This document shows positions 53,382 through 63,598 of a stretch of DNA of 64,000 nucleotides, piece by piece. Within the stretch, counting starts at the first letter, position 1. Every line of letters starts with the position of its first letter. A program made the position numbers and the translations under genes. Origin of the DNA: Nitrospinales bacterium (GTDB taxonomy: Bacteria; Nitrospinota; Nitrospinia; Nitrospinales; VA-1); NCBI GenBank assembly GCA_965223795.1, contig CBDCXL010000002.1:1696001-1760000 (forward strand). The letters are read 5' to 3'. Under the pieces are notes generated by a model, which was not told the origin of the DNA, did not search any database, and was given only the letters and a program-made list of their open reading frames with translations.

Positions 53382-53807
53382 ATGTTTTTCGCCAAACTGC
53401 ATCCTTTGATCGTGCATTTTCCGATGGGGCTCCTGGTGAGTGGAGCCCTGTTTGAAATTTACGGAAAACTCAGAAACGAGGACGTGGTTGCCGCCGCCGG
53501 ACGGTTCAACGTGCGCCTCGGCTTCTGGAGCGCGCTGCCGGTGCTCGTGGTGGGATATCTGGGGATGCTGAGCCTTGAGGACACGGAAAAATTCAAAACC
53601 TTCCTCGGCAATCACATTCTGTTCGCGTTTGCGTCCGCCGGGTTGTTTCTGGCGGCGCTGCTGCTCGCCCGGTTCGGTAAAAAACCGCTGGGAGGTTTGT
53701 ATTATCTGCTGCTGTTTCTCGGTCTCTGCACGGTGATCGCAACCGGGTTTTTCGGCGGCGAGATGGTGCACCGGTTCGGCGTCTCGGCCAAGCAGTCGCT
53801 GATTTGA
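53382..53807 (+). CDS. DUF2231 family membrane protein
   Basis: LHPLIVHFP; four TMs; TG..GGEMV..FG. Confidence 0.8.
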   Translation: MFFAKLHPLIVHFPMGLLVSGALFEIYGKLRNEDVVAAAGRFNVRLGFWSALPVLVVGYLGMLSLEDTEKFKTFLGNHILFAFASAGLFLAALLLARFGKKPLGGLYYLLLFLGLCTVIATGFFGGEMVHRFGVSAKQSLI

Positions 53808-53905
53808 AGCTGCCTCTCAAAATTTGGCTGGGCCATTAGCGCCCCTTTTGAAACAAGGGGACGCGAGTTGGCTTGCAGAGCCTAATCGAATTGTCAGCGG
53901 TTCAG

Positions 53906-54286
53906 TTAAAACACCAACCGGTAACCGGACCAGGCCGACGCGGCCAGCGACAGCAGGGCGGTGGCGTAGAAAAAGATGGCGACTCTGGAATAGGGCCGGG
54001 TGTAAGAATAGCCGGCGCAAAAGCCGTAGAGAATGGTGAAGAGAAACGAGTAGCCCTGGTGTCCTTCCACTTCCACGGTGGAGCGCAGACTGAGATCGGA
54101 GGACAGCATTCCGGAAAAATCCGCCATCACCGCCGCCAGCAAGCCCAGGCTCAGATTGAAGGAACCCGCCGATTTGTAGAGCGGGTTGTTGCGTTTGCGG
54201 GCGAGAAAGATCAGCGCGATCCCGGCGAAGAACAGGGCGATCGGGAAATGAGAAATGAAAGGATGGAAGGAAACGGTGCTGATCAT
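53906..54286 (-). CDS. DUF2231 family membrane protein (paralog)
   Basis: FHPFISHFPIAL; four TMs; conserved His in EGHQ; G..LVF end. Confidence 0.78.
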   Translation of the reverse strand: MISTVSFHPFISHFPIALFFAGIALIFLARKRNNPLYKSAGSFNLSLGLLAAVMADFSGMLSSDLSLRSTVEVEGHQGYSFLFTILYGFCAGYSYTRPYSRVAIFFYATALLSLAASAWSGYRLVF

Positions 54287-54477
54287 GATCCGTCAATGCG
54301 GGACAAGCGCAACGCGGCTGTTGCGGATTCGCCTTTTGTGCGCGCTGCTGGAAATGAAAGCGTTTGATTTCACAAAGCCGCTTGCAAGAACGGCCCACCG
54401 TTCGCTTCTCCGTGCAGTTGCGTTATTTCGCTGACACGGCAAACGGCGGCAGGGACTTTGAGGGGGGCCGTAATGGG

Positions 54478-54783
54478 TCAGGGTTTCGTTGTGCTGTCGG
54501 AATCGTTGGTGAGACCGAGGTTCTTTTCGGAAAGGTCCAGGTTAACGTCGACGTCCACCTTGGTGGCGTTCATCACATCCTGTTCCAACACATCCATGTT
54601 GACGTTCTGCTTCAAGCCTTCGGCTTCGTCAATCACCTCCTGCTTGAGGCTGCTGAAGGTGTTCTGGAATTCTCCCCAGCCTTTGCCGATCGCCTTGGCG
54701 AGTTTGGGCAGGTTCTGGGGACCGATCACCACCACGGCGATGGCCATGATGATCAGGATCTCAAAAAAACCGATGTCAAACAT
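54478..54783 (-). CDS. tatB: Twin-arginine translocase TatB/TatA subunit
   Basis: MFDIGFFEILII....VVIGP..LP. Confidence 0.8.
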   Translation of the reverse strand: MFDIGFFEILIIMAIAVVVIGPQNLPKLAKAIGKGWGEFQNTFSSLKQEVIDEAEGLKQNVNMDVLEQDVMNATKVDVDVNLDLSEKNLGLTNDSDSTTKP

Positions 54784-55038
54784 GGGAACGCTCCCGGACG
54801 GGTTGTTTGTGCTTGCTTAAGGATACGCAACAATTCTACCAGATGAAAGGCGCATTTGCCAATGCGATCGGGTTTGGTTATCCTGCTTCCAGATTCGGGA
54901 AACTTCAGGGTTTCCAATGGTATAGAAAAAGCCGGCATTCCGGGTTCCGGCTTGGGGCAGCTCGTTCACAGCCATGCCGTTGACAGCGGCGGGAATTGCT
55001 GATACCCCTTCGGAGCACGAAAGGCACCGCACTCGCTC

Positions 55039-55968
55039 ATGAAAATTGTCCGTGGAACGAAAAACATCGTGGGGCCCATCCGCTATCCGGTGGTTTCGAT
55101 CGGCAATTTCGACGGCGTGCACATCGGCCATCAGATGCTGTTTCGAAAAACCGCCGAGATCGCTCAGGCCGCCGGCGGGACCGCCATCGTGTTCACGTTC
55201 GAACCGCACCCGCTGAAAATCATCGCCCCGGAGCGGGTGCCGCCCTTGCTCACCAACTTCCGTCAGAAAATGGAGCTCATCGAATCTAACGGGATCGATC
55301 TTGTGATCTGCGCCGATTTCACACGGCAGTTCGCGGACCAGCGGCCGCGCGATTTCGCCCGCAACGTTCTGGTGGAAAAAATCGGCGTCAAGGAAATCGT
55401 GGTGGGGTTCGATTACGCGTTCGGCCGCGGCCGGGAGGGCACCATCGGCTACCTCAAAAAGATGGGGGAAGAGTTCGGATTCGTCGTGCACGTTGTCGAT
55501 CCGATCAAGATCAACGGCCATCTGGTGGGCAGCTCCTACGTGCGCGAACTGATCGAGGAAGGGAAGGTTCTGGAAGCGCGGGAATTTCTCGGCCGCCCCT
55601 ATTCGATCCGCGGCCCGGTCGTGCACGGGCACCACACCGGCAGCGCCATCGGCTTTCCCACGGCGAACATCGACACGGCGAAGGTGCAGATTCCCGGCAC
55701 CGGGGTGTACGCGGCTTTTGTGCTTCTCAAAGGCAAGCGTTACCGGGGTGCGGTGAACGTGGGATTCAACCCGACTTTCAATCGCGACCGCCTGAGTGTC
55801 GAGGTGTTCATTTTCGACTTCGATCAAAAAATCTACCGGGAGGAGATCGAAGTGCAGTTCGTGGACCGCATTCGCAGCGAGATTGCGTTCGCGTCCGCCG
55901 AGGAACTGGTGGCGCAGATTCGAAAAGACGTCGAAACCGCGAAGGTCATTCTGGAGAACGCTTGTTGA
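55039..55968 (+). CDS. ribF: Bifunctional riboflavin kinase/FAD synthetase
   Basis: GNFDGVHIGH, TFEPHP, IGFPTAN, NVG.NPTF. Confidence 0.96.
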   Translation: MKIVRGTKNIVGPIRYPVVSIGNFDGVHIGHQMLFRKTAEIAQAAGGTAIVFTFEPHPLKIIAPERVPPLLTNFRQKMELIESNGIDLVICADFTRQFADQRPRDFARNVLVEKIGVKEIVVGFDYAFGRGREGTIGYLKKMGEEFGFVVHVVDPIKINGHLVGSSYVRELIEEGKVLEAREFLGRPYSIRGPVVHGHHTGSAIGFPTANIDTAKVQIPGTGVYAAFVLLKGKRYRGAVNVGFNPTFNRDRLSVEVFIFDFDQKIYREEIEVQFVDRIRSEIAFASAEELVAQIRKDVETAKVILENAC

Positions 55969-57020
55969 AAAACTGGAAACACCTGCTATTGGGACTGGGC
56001 ATCGCGGCGGCGGCTTTGTACTACACGCTGCGCAACGTTTCATTGCAGGAGCTGGCGCATTCCTTCCGCGATGTGGACTACCTTTACCTTGTGCCGGCGG
56101 TGGGATTCATGCTGCTCAGCTTCGTGTTCCGGGCCTTGCGCTGGCGAATCCTGCTCGCTCCCATGAAGCGGGCGCCGGCGTCGTCTCTGTATTCGCCGCT
56201 CATGATCGGGTTCATGGGCAACATCCTGCCCGCCCGGGCGGGGGAATTTTTGCGGGCCTACCTGCTGGGGAAAAAGCTGAATGTATCGTTTTCCGGCGCG
56301 TTCGCGTCGATCGTGGTCGAGCGCCTGTTCGACATCTTAGCGCTGTTGTTTTTATTTGCGTGGGTGTTCGCGTTTCATGCGGACATCATCGATCCCGAGG
56401 CGACGGTTTCGGGCGTGCCGGTGCGGGTTCTGGCGGCCCAGTTCGGCAAGTTGAGCGCGGTGCTGCTGGCGGTTCTGGTTGCCTTCGTCTATCTCATGGC
56501 GAATCACAAGCGGGGCTTGATGGGGTTTCTGCAGAAGCTCATCCGTCCTTTGCCGCAATCCTGGCAGAAAAAAACCACCGTCCTGCTGGAGGAATTCAGC
56601 CTCGGCTGCATGGCGGTGAAAGACGTCACGTCCCTGTTGAAGATCGCGTTCTACACGGTGCTGGTCTGGACGGCGATCGTGCTCAGCTATTATCCGTTTT
56701 TCTGGGCCTACGGCCTGTCGGGCACGACGCTGCAATCGGTCGTTCTGGTCACGTTGTTCGTGTGCGTCCTGATCACGGTTCTGCCGACGCCGGCGTTCCT
56801 CGGTTCCTTCAACGCGGCGGTTCTGTTCGCCCTGCACGAGGTCCTGGGGGTGGCGGAAGTGACGGCGGTCAGTTTCGGCGTGGTGTGCTGGGCGGTCAAT
56901 TTCGGATTCATCCTGGCGGCCGGGCTGTATTTCGTGCTGCACGATTCGCTGTCCGTGCGCAAGCTGGTGGAAATCGAGGAAAAGGGCGCGGACGCGCTGA
57001 ACGAGGCGGGCACTCGATGA
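55962..57020 (+). CDS. Lysylphosphatidylglycerol synthase TM-domain (flippase-like) protein
   Basis: RALRW..LL; N.LPARAGE..R; ERLFD; PTPA..G. Confidence 0.85.
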   Translation: MLKNWKHLLLGLGIAAAALYYTLRNVSLQELAHSFRDVDYLYLVPAVGFMLLSFVFRALRWRILLAPMKRAPASSLYSPLMIGFMGNILPARAGEFLRAYLLGKKLNVSFSGAFASIVVERLFDILALLFLFAWVFAFHADIIDPEATVSGVPVRVLAAQFGKLSAVLLAVLVAFVYLMANHKRGLMGFLQKLIRPLPQSWQKKTTVLLEEFSLGCMAVKDVTSLLKIAFYTVLVWTAIVLSYYPFFWAYGLSGTTLQSVVLVTLFVCVLITVLPTPAFLGSFNAAVLFALHEVLGVAEVTAVSFGVVCWAVNFGFILAAGLYFVLHDSLSVRKLVEIEEKGADALNEAGTR

Positions 57021-57027
57021 TTCCGTC

Positions 57028-57056
57028 TTGAAATTTTGCGCCAACCCTTTCATAAT
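57028..57056 (+). promoter_or_regulatory. Sigma70 promoter for tRNA-Leu
   Basis: TTGAAA-17 nt-CATAAT. Confidence 0.6.
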
Positions 57057-57080
57057 AGCACCCCAACCCCGACGCAGGGC

Positions 57081-57167
57081 GCCGAAGTGGCGGAATTGGT
57101 AGACGCGCATGATTCAGGATCATGTGTTCGAAAGAACGTGGAGGTTCAAATCCTCTCTTCGGCACCA
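57081..57167 (+). tRNA. tRNA-Leu(CAG)
   Basis: GCCGAAG...CATGA TT CAG GA TCATG; long variable arm; CTTCGGCACCA. Confidence 0.96.
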
Positions 57168-57352
57168 CTCTCACGCGTAGGGCGGGCTTGCTCACGCCGG
57201 GCAAGGCTCGATGGGTTCAAATTTCCTCCGTAATGTCGCACCCCGCCCGCGCTGCGGGCGGACAGCCGCGATCGCGGCGCTCATTCTTCTGCAAGGTATT
57301 AATCCGCTTGCCCGCCGGTCCAGCGAATAGCAGACGCGTTTTCGGTATTTAA

Positions 57353-58627
57353 TTACGATGCGGTCGCGATGCGGCTTTTGAGGTGCACGATCAGCAGGAA
57401 TGCGGTCAGTCCGCTGACGCCGAGGGCGGTCATCCAGAGAAACCAGTCGAGGTGATCGACCAAGGCCAGCAGAACCAGAAAATGGGTGAAATCCCGGTTG
57501 CTGATCTTGTCCACCCAGTTGTCGGTTTGGCCATCCATCTTTGCAGTCAGGGTGGATTTGTTGGAGATGATTTTGTTCTGCAGCAATAGAAAACAGGCCA
57601 GGCTCCCCAAAGCGGCGACCAGCCCCAGCCAGAGATAAAGTCCGTCGCCGTGGGTCTGATACAGGCCGAAACCGATGGCGAAAAACACCGCGATGTGGAC
57701 CACGTTGTCGCAAAGAATATCGAGTTTGCCGCCCAGGGGGCTTTCCATGAATTTGATGCGCGCGATCTCTCCGTCCACCCCGTCCACCCAGATCGACAGC
57801 AAAAGCAGTACCGCTCCGGCGATGCCCATCTCATAGCCACCCACGAAAAAACAGGCGGCGGAAGCGAGCCCGAACGCGAAACTGATCAGCGTGATCTGGT
57901 TCGGCGTGACCTTTGTGTCGATGAGACCGCGGGTCAACAGTCCGGAAACCGGGCGCGACAGGATGCGTGTGATCAGGCTGTCGTTCGACAGGCCGCCTGA
58001 GGATTTGAGCAGCCGTTTGCTGGCTTTGGAAAAATCCGACTCGCGTTTGATCTTGGGGCTCCCCTCTTCCGGCAGGTACATCATGAGGTTTTTGTCCAGT
58101 CCGGGGGCAGCGTCCGTTTCTGTGTCGCGGTTTTGGCGTGTTTTTTCGATGCCGGGAAGGGGGGAAGCGTCCGTGGGTTTGAGCAGGTTGTTCAGGGATT
58201 CGTCTTCCAGATAGACGAGACGGCCGGTTCCCGAAGATTCTTTCGGGGCTAGGGTGCCGAGCGCCGATCGGATTTTGTTTTTTTCATGCAGGCAGGATCC
58301 GTCCAGAAACAGGTTTCTTGAGGATTTCCGTATGACCTTGAGCAATTGCCCGCTGTCGGCGGCCCAGTTGAGATTCAGGTCGACCCTGGGGTCCCCGGCG
58401 ATTTTTTGGCGCAGGGTTTCCATCGGCTCGCTGCCGTACACCACAAGATGACGGATTCCGCCGCGCTGAATGTTGAGAATATTGCGCAGCAGGAAAGGCA
58501 GCCCGGCTATGTTTTTTCCGTACCAGTCCTGCAGGCTTTTGCTCGGGGCGGGGGCGGGGAGAAAGAGAACCGCGGTCCAGTCCTTAGAGTCAAACGCAAA
58601 CGATGCGGGACCTGAATTTGAAACCAT
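57353..58627 (-). CDS. CDP-alcohol phosphotransferase (DIPP-synthase-like) with degenerate N-terminal nucleotidyltransferase-like domain
   Basis: TPNQIT; DGVDGEIAR...S..GG.LD..CD signature; N-terminal IAGLPFLLR.I..IQRGGIRHLVV. Start uncertain (58627 or 58657). Confidence 0.85.
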   Translation of the reverse strand: MVSNSGPASFAFDSKDWTAVLFLPAPAPSKSLQDWYGKNIAGLPFLLRNILNIQRGGIRHLVVYGSEPMETLRQKIAGDPRVDLNLNWAADSGQLLKVIRKSSRNLFLDGSCLHEKNKIRSALGTLAPKESSGTGRLVYLEDESLNNLLKPTDASPLPGIEKTRQNRDTETDAAPGLDKNLMMYLPEEGSPKIKRESDFSKASKRLLKSSGGLSNDSLITRILSRPVSGLLTRGLIDTKVTPNQITLISFAFGLASAACFFVGGYEMGIAGAVLLLLSIWVDGVDGEIARIKFMESPLGGKLDILCDNVVHIAVFFAIGFGLYQTHGDGLYLWLGLVAALGSLACFLLLQNKIISNKSTLTAKMDGQTDNWVDKISNRDFTHFLVLLALVDHLDWFLWMTALGVSGLTAFLLIVHLKSRIATAS

Positions 58628-58974
58628 CGTTGTCAACCGTCTTGTAGTCACACTCAATTAAAAGGTAGCAGGAAAGGATGCCGATACAACAGAAAAAATC
58701 ATCCATCCTCGAAATTGAGTCGTTCCGGGCGCTCAAACCTGTCAGGGCCTGGATCACAGAAATTCGGTGACGCCGCTCACACTGAAAGGTGATCCGGAAG
58801 CAGGAATTTCTTTTTGCCCGCGATTGTTTTTTACGGGAATCCCTGTTTTCAATGCGTTGTGCCGGCGCTGGGCGGCAATGTCCTTGTTTTTCCCCGTTTT
58901 ACCTGTAAGGAACGGGATCTTTGTGCTACGTTAATGGATTACAATTTATTTTTTAATCTTGGGAGTGCCGCCAC

Positions 58975-60867
58975 GTGAAGAAGATAAAAATTGCCATTGT
59001 GGGTATCGGAAACTGCGCCAGTGCGTTGGTCCAGGGGATCCATTATTACCGGGGCGCGAATCTGGAAAACGCCATCGGTCTGATGCACGGGGTGTTGGGT
59101 GGATACCGGCCGGAAGACATCGAAGTCGTCGCGGCGTACGATGTCGATCGCCGCAAAGTCGGTCAGGATCTCAACCGGGCTGTTTTTGCGGAACCCAACT
59201 GCGCGCAGCTGTTCTGCGCCGATCTTCCCGAGGCGGGCTTGCAGGTGAAAATGGGCAGGACGCTCGACGGGGTGTCCGCACACATGGCCGATTACGGCGA
59301 GGGGCGCACGTTTTTGCCCGCGGACGCGCCGGAACCCGACAAGGCGGACGTGGTGCGGGAGCTCAAGGAAACGGAAGCGGACGTTCTGGTCAATTACCTG
59401 CCTGTGGGTTCGGAGCAGGCGACGCGTTTTTACGCGGAGTGCGCCCTGGAAGCCGGAACGGCGTTCATCAACAACATTCCCGTGTTCATTGCCAGCGATC
59501 CCGTCTGGGCGCGCCGGTTCGAAGAGAAGAACATCCCGATCATCGGCGACGACATCAAGTCGCAGCTGGGCGCGACGATCACACACCGGGTGCTGACCGA
59601 CCTTTTCAAGAAACGCGGGGTCAAGCTGGACCGGACGTACCAGCTCAATACGGGCGGCAACACGGACTTTCTCAACATGATCAACCGCGACCGCCTGGCG
59701 TCCAAGAAAATATCGAAAACCGAAGCGGTGCAGTCGGTCACCGAGGAACCGCTCAGCAACGAAAACATCCACATCGGTCCCAGTGACTACGTCCCCTGGC
59801 AGAAAGACAACAAGGTCTGCTTCATCCGCATGGAAGGGCGCATTTTCGGCAACGTGCCGATCAACCTGGAAATGCGGCTTTCGGTGGAGGATTCGCCCAA
59901 TTCGGCGGGGGTGGCCATCGACACGATCCGCTGCGCCAAGCTGGCGCTGGACCGGAACGCGGGCGGCGTGCTGTGCGGACCGTCGGCGTATTTCTGCAAG
60001 CATCCGCTCATGCAGTTCACCGACGACGAAGCCCACGCGATGACGGAAAATTTCATTCAGGGCAAGCCGGAACGGAAAAGCCGCAGCTGCCTGATCATCG
60101 CCGCGGGACAGGGCAGCCGGCTGCGGTCGCGCGGTGCGAGCAAGCCGCTCACGCCCATTTTCGGAATCCCGTTGATCGAGCGGGTCATCGTCGCCGCGCA
60201 GGAAGCGGGAGCCAACGACTTTTACGTCGTCACCGGTTACCGGGAAGCGCCGCTCAAAGCCTTCCTCGCCGAACTCTCGCAAAGGCTCGGCCTGCGCATC
60301 ACGCCCATCGAGAATCCGGACTGGGAAAAGGGCAACGGCCTGTCGGTGCTCAAGGGGAAACCGTTTTTTCAGGAGCCGTTTCTGCTGCTGATGTCCGACC
60401 ACCTGTTCGACCCCGCCATCGCGCGCACGCTGCTCATGTATCCCATCGGCAAGGATGAAATCGTGCTCGGCGTGGACCGGGACGGGGAAAATCCGCTGGT
60501 GGACCTGAAAGACGTCACGCGCGTTAAAACCGACGCGGGAAGAATCCGCGCGATCGGCAAAGGAATTGAAGATTACGATGCGTTCGACACCGGCGCGTTC
60601 CTGTGCGGGCCCGGCCTGTTCGAGACGCTGGAGCGCTGCGCCGGGGATGGGGGCGACACGTCGCTGTCCCGCGCGATCCAGATGCTCGCCGACGACAACC
60701 GGGCGTTCACGGCGGACATCACCGGCAGGTTCTGGATCGACGTGGACGACCCCGCTTCCTTCAAGCGCGCCGAAAACGCGCTGCTGGCCGAATTCGGAGA
60801 TTCCCAGCCCGGTGCGACGGCGGAGCGGCCGAAGGACATCGAGTCCGGTGTGGAGAAACCCGCGTAA
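58975..60867 (+). CDS. ino1: Fusion: myo-inositol-phosphate synthase (Ino1) + inositol-phosphate cytidylyltransferase-like NTP transferase
   Basis: [42 protein letters not shown]; then in frame [35 protein letters not shown]. Confidence 0.92.
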   Translation: MKKIKIAIVGIGNCASALVQGIHYYRGANLENAIGLMHGVLGGYRPEDIEVVAAYDVDRRKVGQDLNRAVFAEPNCAQLFCADLPEAGLQVKMGRTLDGVSAHMADYGEGRTFLPADAPEPDKADVVRELKETEADVLVNYLPVGSEQATRFYAECALEAGTAFINNIPVFIASDPVWARRFEEKNIPIIGDDIKSQLGATITHRVLTDLFKKRGVKLDRTYQLNTGGNTDFLNMINRDRLASKKISKTEAVQSVTEEPLSNENIHIGPSDYVPWQKDNKVCFIRMEGRIFGNVPINLEMRLSVEDSPNSAGVAIDTIRCAKLALDRNAGGVLCGPSAYFCKHPLMQFTDDEAHAMTENFIQGKPERKSRSCLIIAAGQGSRLRSRGASKPLTPIFGIPLIERVIVAAQEAGANDFYVVTGYREAPLKAFLAELSQRLGLRITPIENPDWEKGNGLSVLKGKPFFQEPFLLLMSDHLFDPAIARTLLMYPIGKDEIVLGVDRDGENPLVDLKDVTRVKTDAGRIRAIGKGIEDYDAFDTGAFLCGPGLFETLERCAGDGGDTSLSRAIQMLADDNRAFTADITGRFWIDVDDPASFKRAENALLAEFGDSQPGATAERPKDIESGVEKPA

Positions 60868-61229
60868 GCGGGCTGAGGTCTATTTGGAAATTGAGGAGAC
60901 TCACGGTTTTACTGGAGGCAGGGCCGCTTTTTTTCTCCACGCTGCGGAAATCACCTTGCACCCGAATACCAGTCCCACCCACATGAGTTCCCTACATCCT
61001 GCGGACGAAGGAAACCATCAGCCCGAGATCCCCGGTCAGACCGGGCGCACCCATGCGCCAGCGATTCGACGATGCAAAGTTCGCTGAAACTCAAGCTGTA
61101 GTCCAGAAAGTAAAGGGTGACCTGCAATTTAAGGATGCCCGCCCGCCCAGCTAAGCATTGCCTGCCGAGCCTGCGCAGCGCGCAGGGATCGCATTTCATC
61201 AGCCGTGCCGTGTGTGGTAAGAATAACGC

Positions 61230-62387
61230 ATGACGGCCGCCCCTCTTAAAATCTGCCTGACGGTCTATTCGTCTCCGTGGTCGCAATTCAAGGGCGGCGG
61301 GCAGATCGCCGTGCATCAGATGGCGTGCGCGCTGCAGGAACGGGGCTGCGAGGTGCATGTGGTGTACTCCAGGCAGCCGCGTGAGGATTTGCATCCTGAG
61401 GTTCCGTATCAGATTCACTGGGTGCGGCGCTTCGACTGCGCGACGTTCAATCTCGATATTTTTTCGTTCGCCGCCGGTCTCCGCCGCCTGCTGAAGCGGC
61501 AGCGCTTCGACATCCTGCACGGCAACGCCGAGGAATTTGTTTTCATCCCGGCACTGTGCCGCAAGCGCGGGGCGGTTCCCTTCTTCACCAGCCACGCGCC
61601 GTTCCTTCCCCAACAGGGCGCGCTCAAAGCGCTGCTTCGGCCCGTGCGATTGTTGAAACAGATCAATCCGCATCTGCTGCGCGCGGCGGCGCGGCGGGCG
61701 CACACGCTGGTCACGTTCAGCGCTTTTTCACAAAGCCTCGTAGCTCCCGCGCTTGAAGGCTGCGGAACGAAACTGGAAACGGTGACTCCCGGTGTCAAGT
61801 CCTCCTGGTTTGAGGTGCAGCGGCGTCCCGATCCGAAGCCGCATCTTCTGTTCTGGGGAAGGATCGAGGAAGAGAAAGGACTGTTCGAACTGTTTGACGC
61901 CGTTCGAGAACTGAGCCGCACGTGTCCCGAGGTCCGTCTCACCATTGTGGGGGAAGGGCAGCGTCTGGAAGCCTATAAGCAGCGGGTGCGGTCGTTGGGG
62001 GTTCAAGCGGCGTTCCCCGGCTGGCTGGGCACCGGTTCGATCCAGAAGCTCGCGGAGACAGCCTGGGCGGGGGTGTTCCCTTCCCGTATTGAAAGCTTCG
62101 GGCTGTCGGTGGCGGAAGCACAGGCGGCGGGCCTGCCGGTGATCGCCACGCGTGCGGGAGCTCTGCCGGAGATCGTCGAGGACGGCGTGACGGGGACGCT
62201 GGTGCCGCCTGAGGATGCGGGCGCGCTGGCGCGGGCGCTGGCGGCGTCGCTCACAGAACGCGGTGAGTTCGAGGCGATGGCGGAAAAAGGCCGCGCGCTG
62301 GCGCGGGAGCGTTTCTGCTGGCAGCGCACGGCGGATCGCCTGATCGCGCTTTACCGGGACGCGCTCGGAGCACAAACCAGATGCTAG
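61230..62387 (+). CDS. Glycosyltransferase family 4 (GT-B)
   Basis: GGG..AV; GRI..EKG; PS..ESFGLSVAEA.A.GLPVIAT. Confidence 0.9.
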   Translation: MTAAPLKICLTVYSSPWSQFKGGGQIAVHQMACALQERGCEVHVVYSRQPREDLHPEVPYQIHWVRRFDCATFNLDIFSFAAGLRRLLKRQRFDILHGNAEEFVFIPALCRKRGAVPFFTSHAPFLPQQGALKALLRPVRLLKQINPHLLRAAARRAHTLVTFSAFSQSLVAPALEGCGTKLETVTPGVKSSWFEVQRRPDPKPHLLFWGRIEEEKGLFELFDAVRELSRTCPEVRLTIVGEGQRLEAYKQRVRSLGVQAAFPGWLGTGSIQKLAETAWAGVFPSRIESFGLSVAEAQAAGLPVIATRAGALPEIVEDGVTGTLVPPEDAGALARALAASLTERGEFEAMAEKGRALARERFCWQRTADRLIALYRDALGAQTRC

Positions 62388-62461
62388 AGAGGCTCGATTG
62401 CGTCGTCAGAGGCTAATCCTTTTAAGGCGCAGCGCCGTAAAGGAAGATCGAGGTTCTTTCT

Positions 62462-63598
62462 ATGAACAAAACTCTCGTTCATTCTAAAAATACCGCACGC
62501 GCGCCGTCGCTTCCCTTGAAAGAGCGTGTCAAAGGCTGGGTCAAGCGCGTTCCGTTCATCTGGGAGCTGGACTACCTGCGCCGCAAGGTTCACGACTCGC
62601 GCTGGTTCGACTTTAAAGTGAAAAAGCTTGCGCATGAACTGGAGTGCTGGCCGCAGGGGCTGCTGCTCGATGTCACCAACCGGTGCAACGCAAAGTGCGT
62701 GTGGTGCCCGAATCCCGACCTCGACGATCTGGGCGCCATGAAAATGGATCTGTACAAAAAGATCATCGATGAATACGCCAGCGTCGGCGGGGTGGTGCAT
62801 TTCGGCACGTTCGGCGAACCGCTGATGGACAAGACCATCGGCGAAAAAATCGCTTATCTCAAACAATTTCCGAGCGTGTCGAGAATCCAGGTGCTGACCA
62901 ACGCGTTTTTCATGAACCGCAAGCTCATTCCCGTACTTTTGGACAATTCGGTGGCGGTGGACATCAGCCTGGACGAGCTGGACAAGACCACCTTCGAGGA
63001 TGTCAAGAAGATGAGCTACGACGTGGTGCGGCAGAATATCCTTGACCTATTGAGAGAAAACGACCGCCGGGAAAAACCGGTGCCGGTGCACTTTCGCATC
63101 AAAACCCTGAAGACGATAGAGGCCACGCTCAACCACGCATTGTTTCAGGAAATCGAATCGCACCGCTGCACGATCCAACTCACGCCGATCACCGAAAACA
63201 TCATTTCCAACTGGGCCGGCCGGTTCGACAACCAGAAGTTTTTCGATACCTACGGCATCGCGTCGAACGGCGGCTCCCGCTTCAATCACAAACGTTTCAA
63301 CCTCACCAACCGCGCCCCCTGCACGCAGCTGTGGAAATGGATGGTGGTGTACTGGGACGGCAGCGTGGTCATGTGCTGTGCCGACATGTTCGCTTCGACC
63401 GCTCTGGGCAATCTGACCGAGGACAGCATCGCGGATGTATGGCGCGGCACGAAAATGACCGGACTGCGTAAAAAGATGATCGCCCGCAAACGCTTCGACA
63501 TCCCCCTCTGCCAGGACTGCGACATCCATCTGAGCTGGCACCACCTGAAAGACCACTACGACGCGTCGGCAAGGCTCAAGCCCGGCACCTTTCTCTGA
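62462..63598 (+). CDS. Radical SAM protein with SPASM/Twitch auxiliary cluster
   Basis: CNAKCVWC; FGEPL; C-terminal C...DG.V..CC.D....GN....W...CQDC. Confidence 0.9.
   Translation: MNKTLVHSKNTARAPSLPLKERVKGWVKRVPFIWELDYLRRKVHDSRWFDFKVKKLAHELECWPQGLLLDVTNRCNAKCVWCPNPDLDDLGAMKMDLYKKIIDEYASVGGVVHFGTFGEPLMDKTIGEKIAYLKQFPSVSRIQVLTNAFFMNRKLIPVLLDNSVAVDISLDELDKTTFEDVKKMSYDVVRQNILDLLRENDRREKPVPVHFRIKTLKTIEATLNHALFQEIESHRCTIQLTPITENIISNWAGRFDNQKFFDTYGIASNGGSRFNHKRFNLTNRAPCTQLWKWMVVYWDGSVVMCCADMFASTALGNLTEDSIADVWRGTKMTGLRKKMIARKRFDIPLCQDCDIHLSWHHLKDHYDASARLKPGTFL

Noticed and set aside
58738..58804. GTCAGG...GGAAGCAG resembling SRP RNA domain IV
   Set aside because: The two halves are separated by about 50 nt rather than a short GNRA-capped stem, and there is no long flanking helix; probably just a hairpin (GGATCAC/GTGATCC) in the divergent promoter region.
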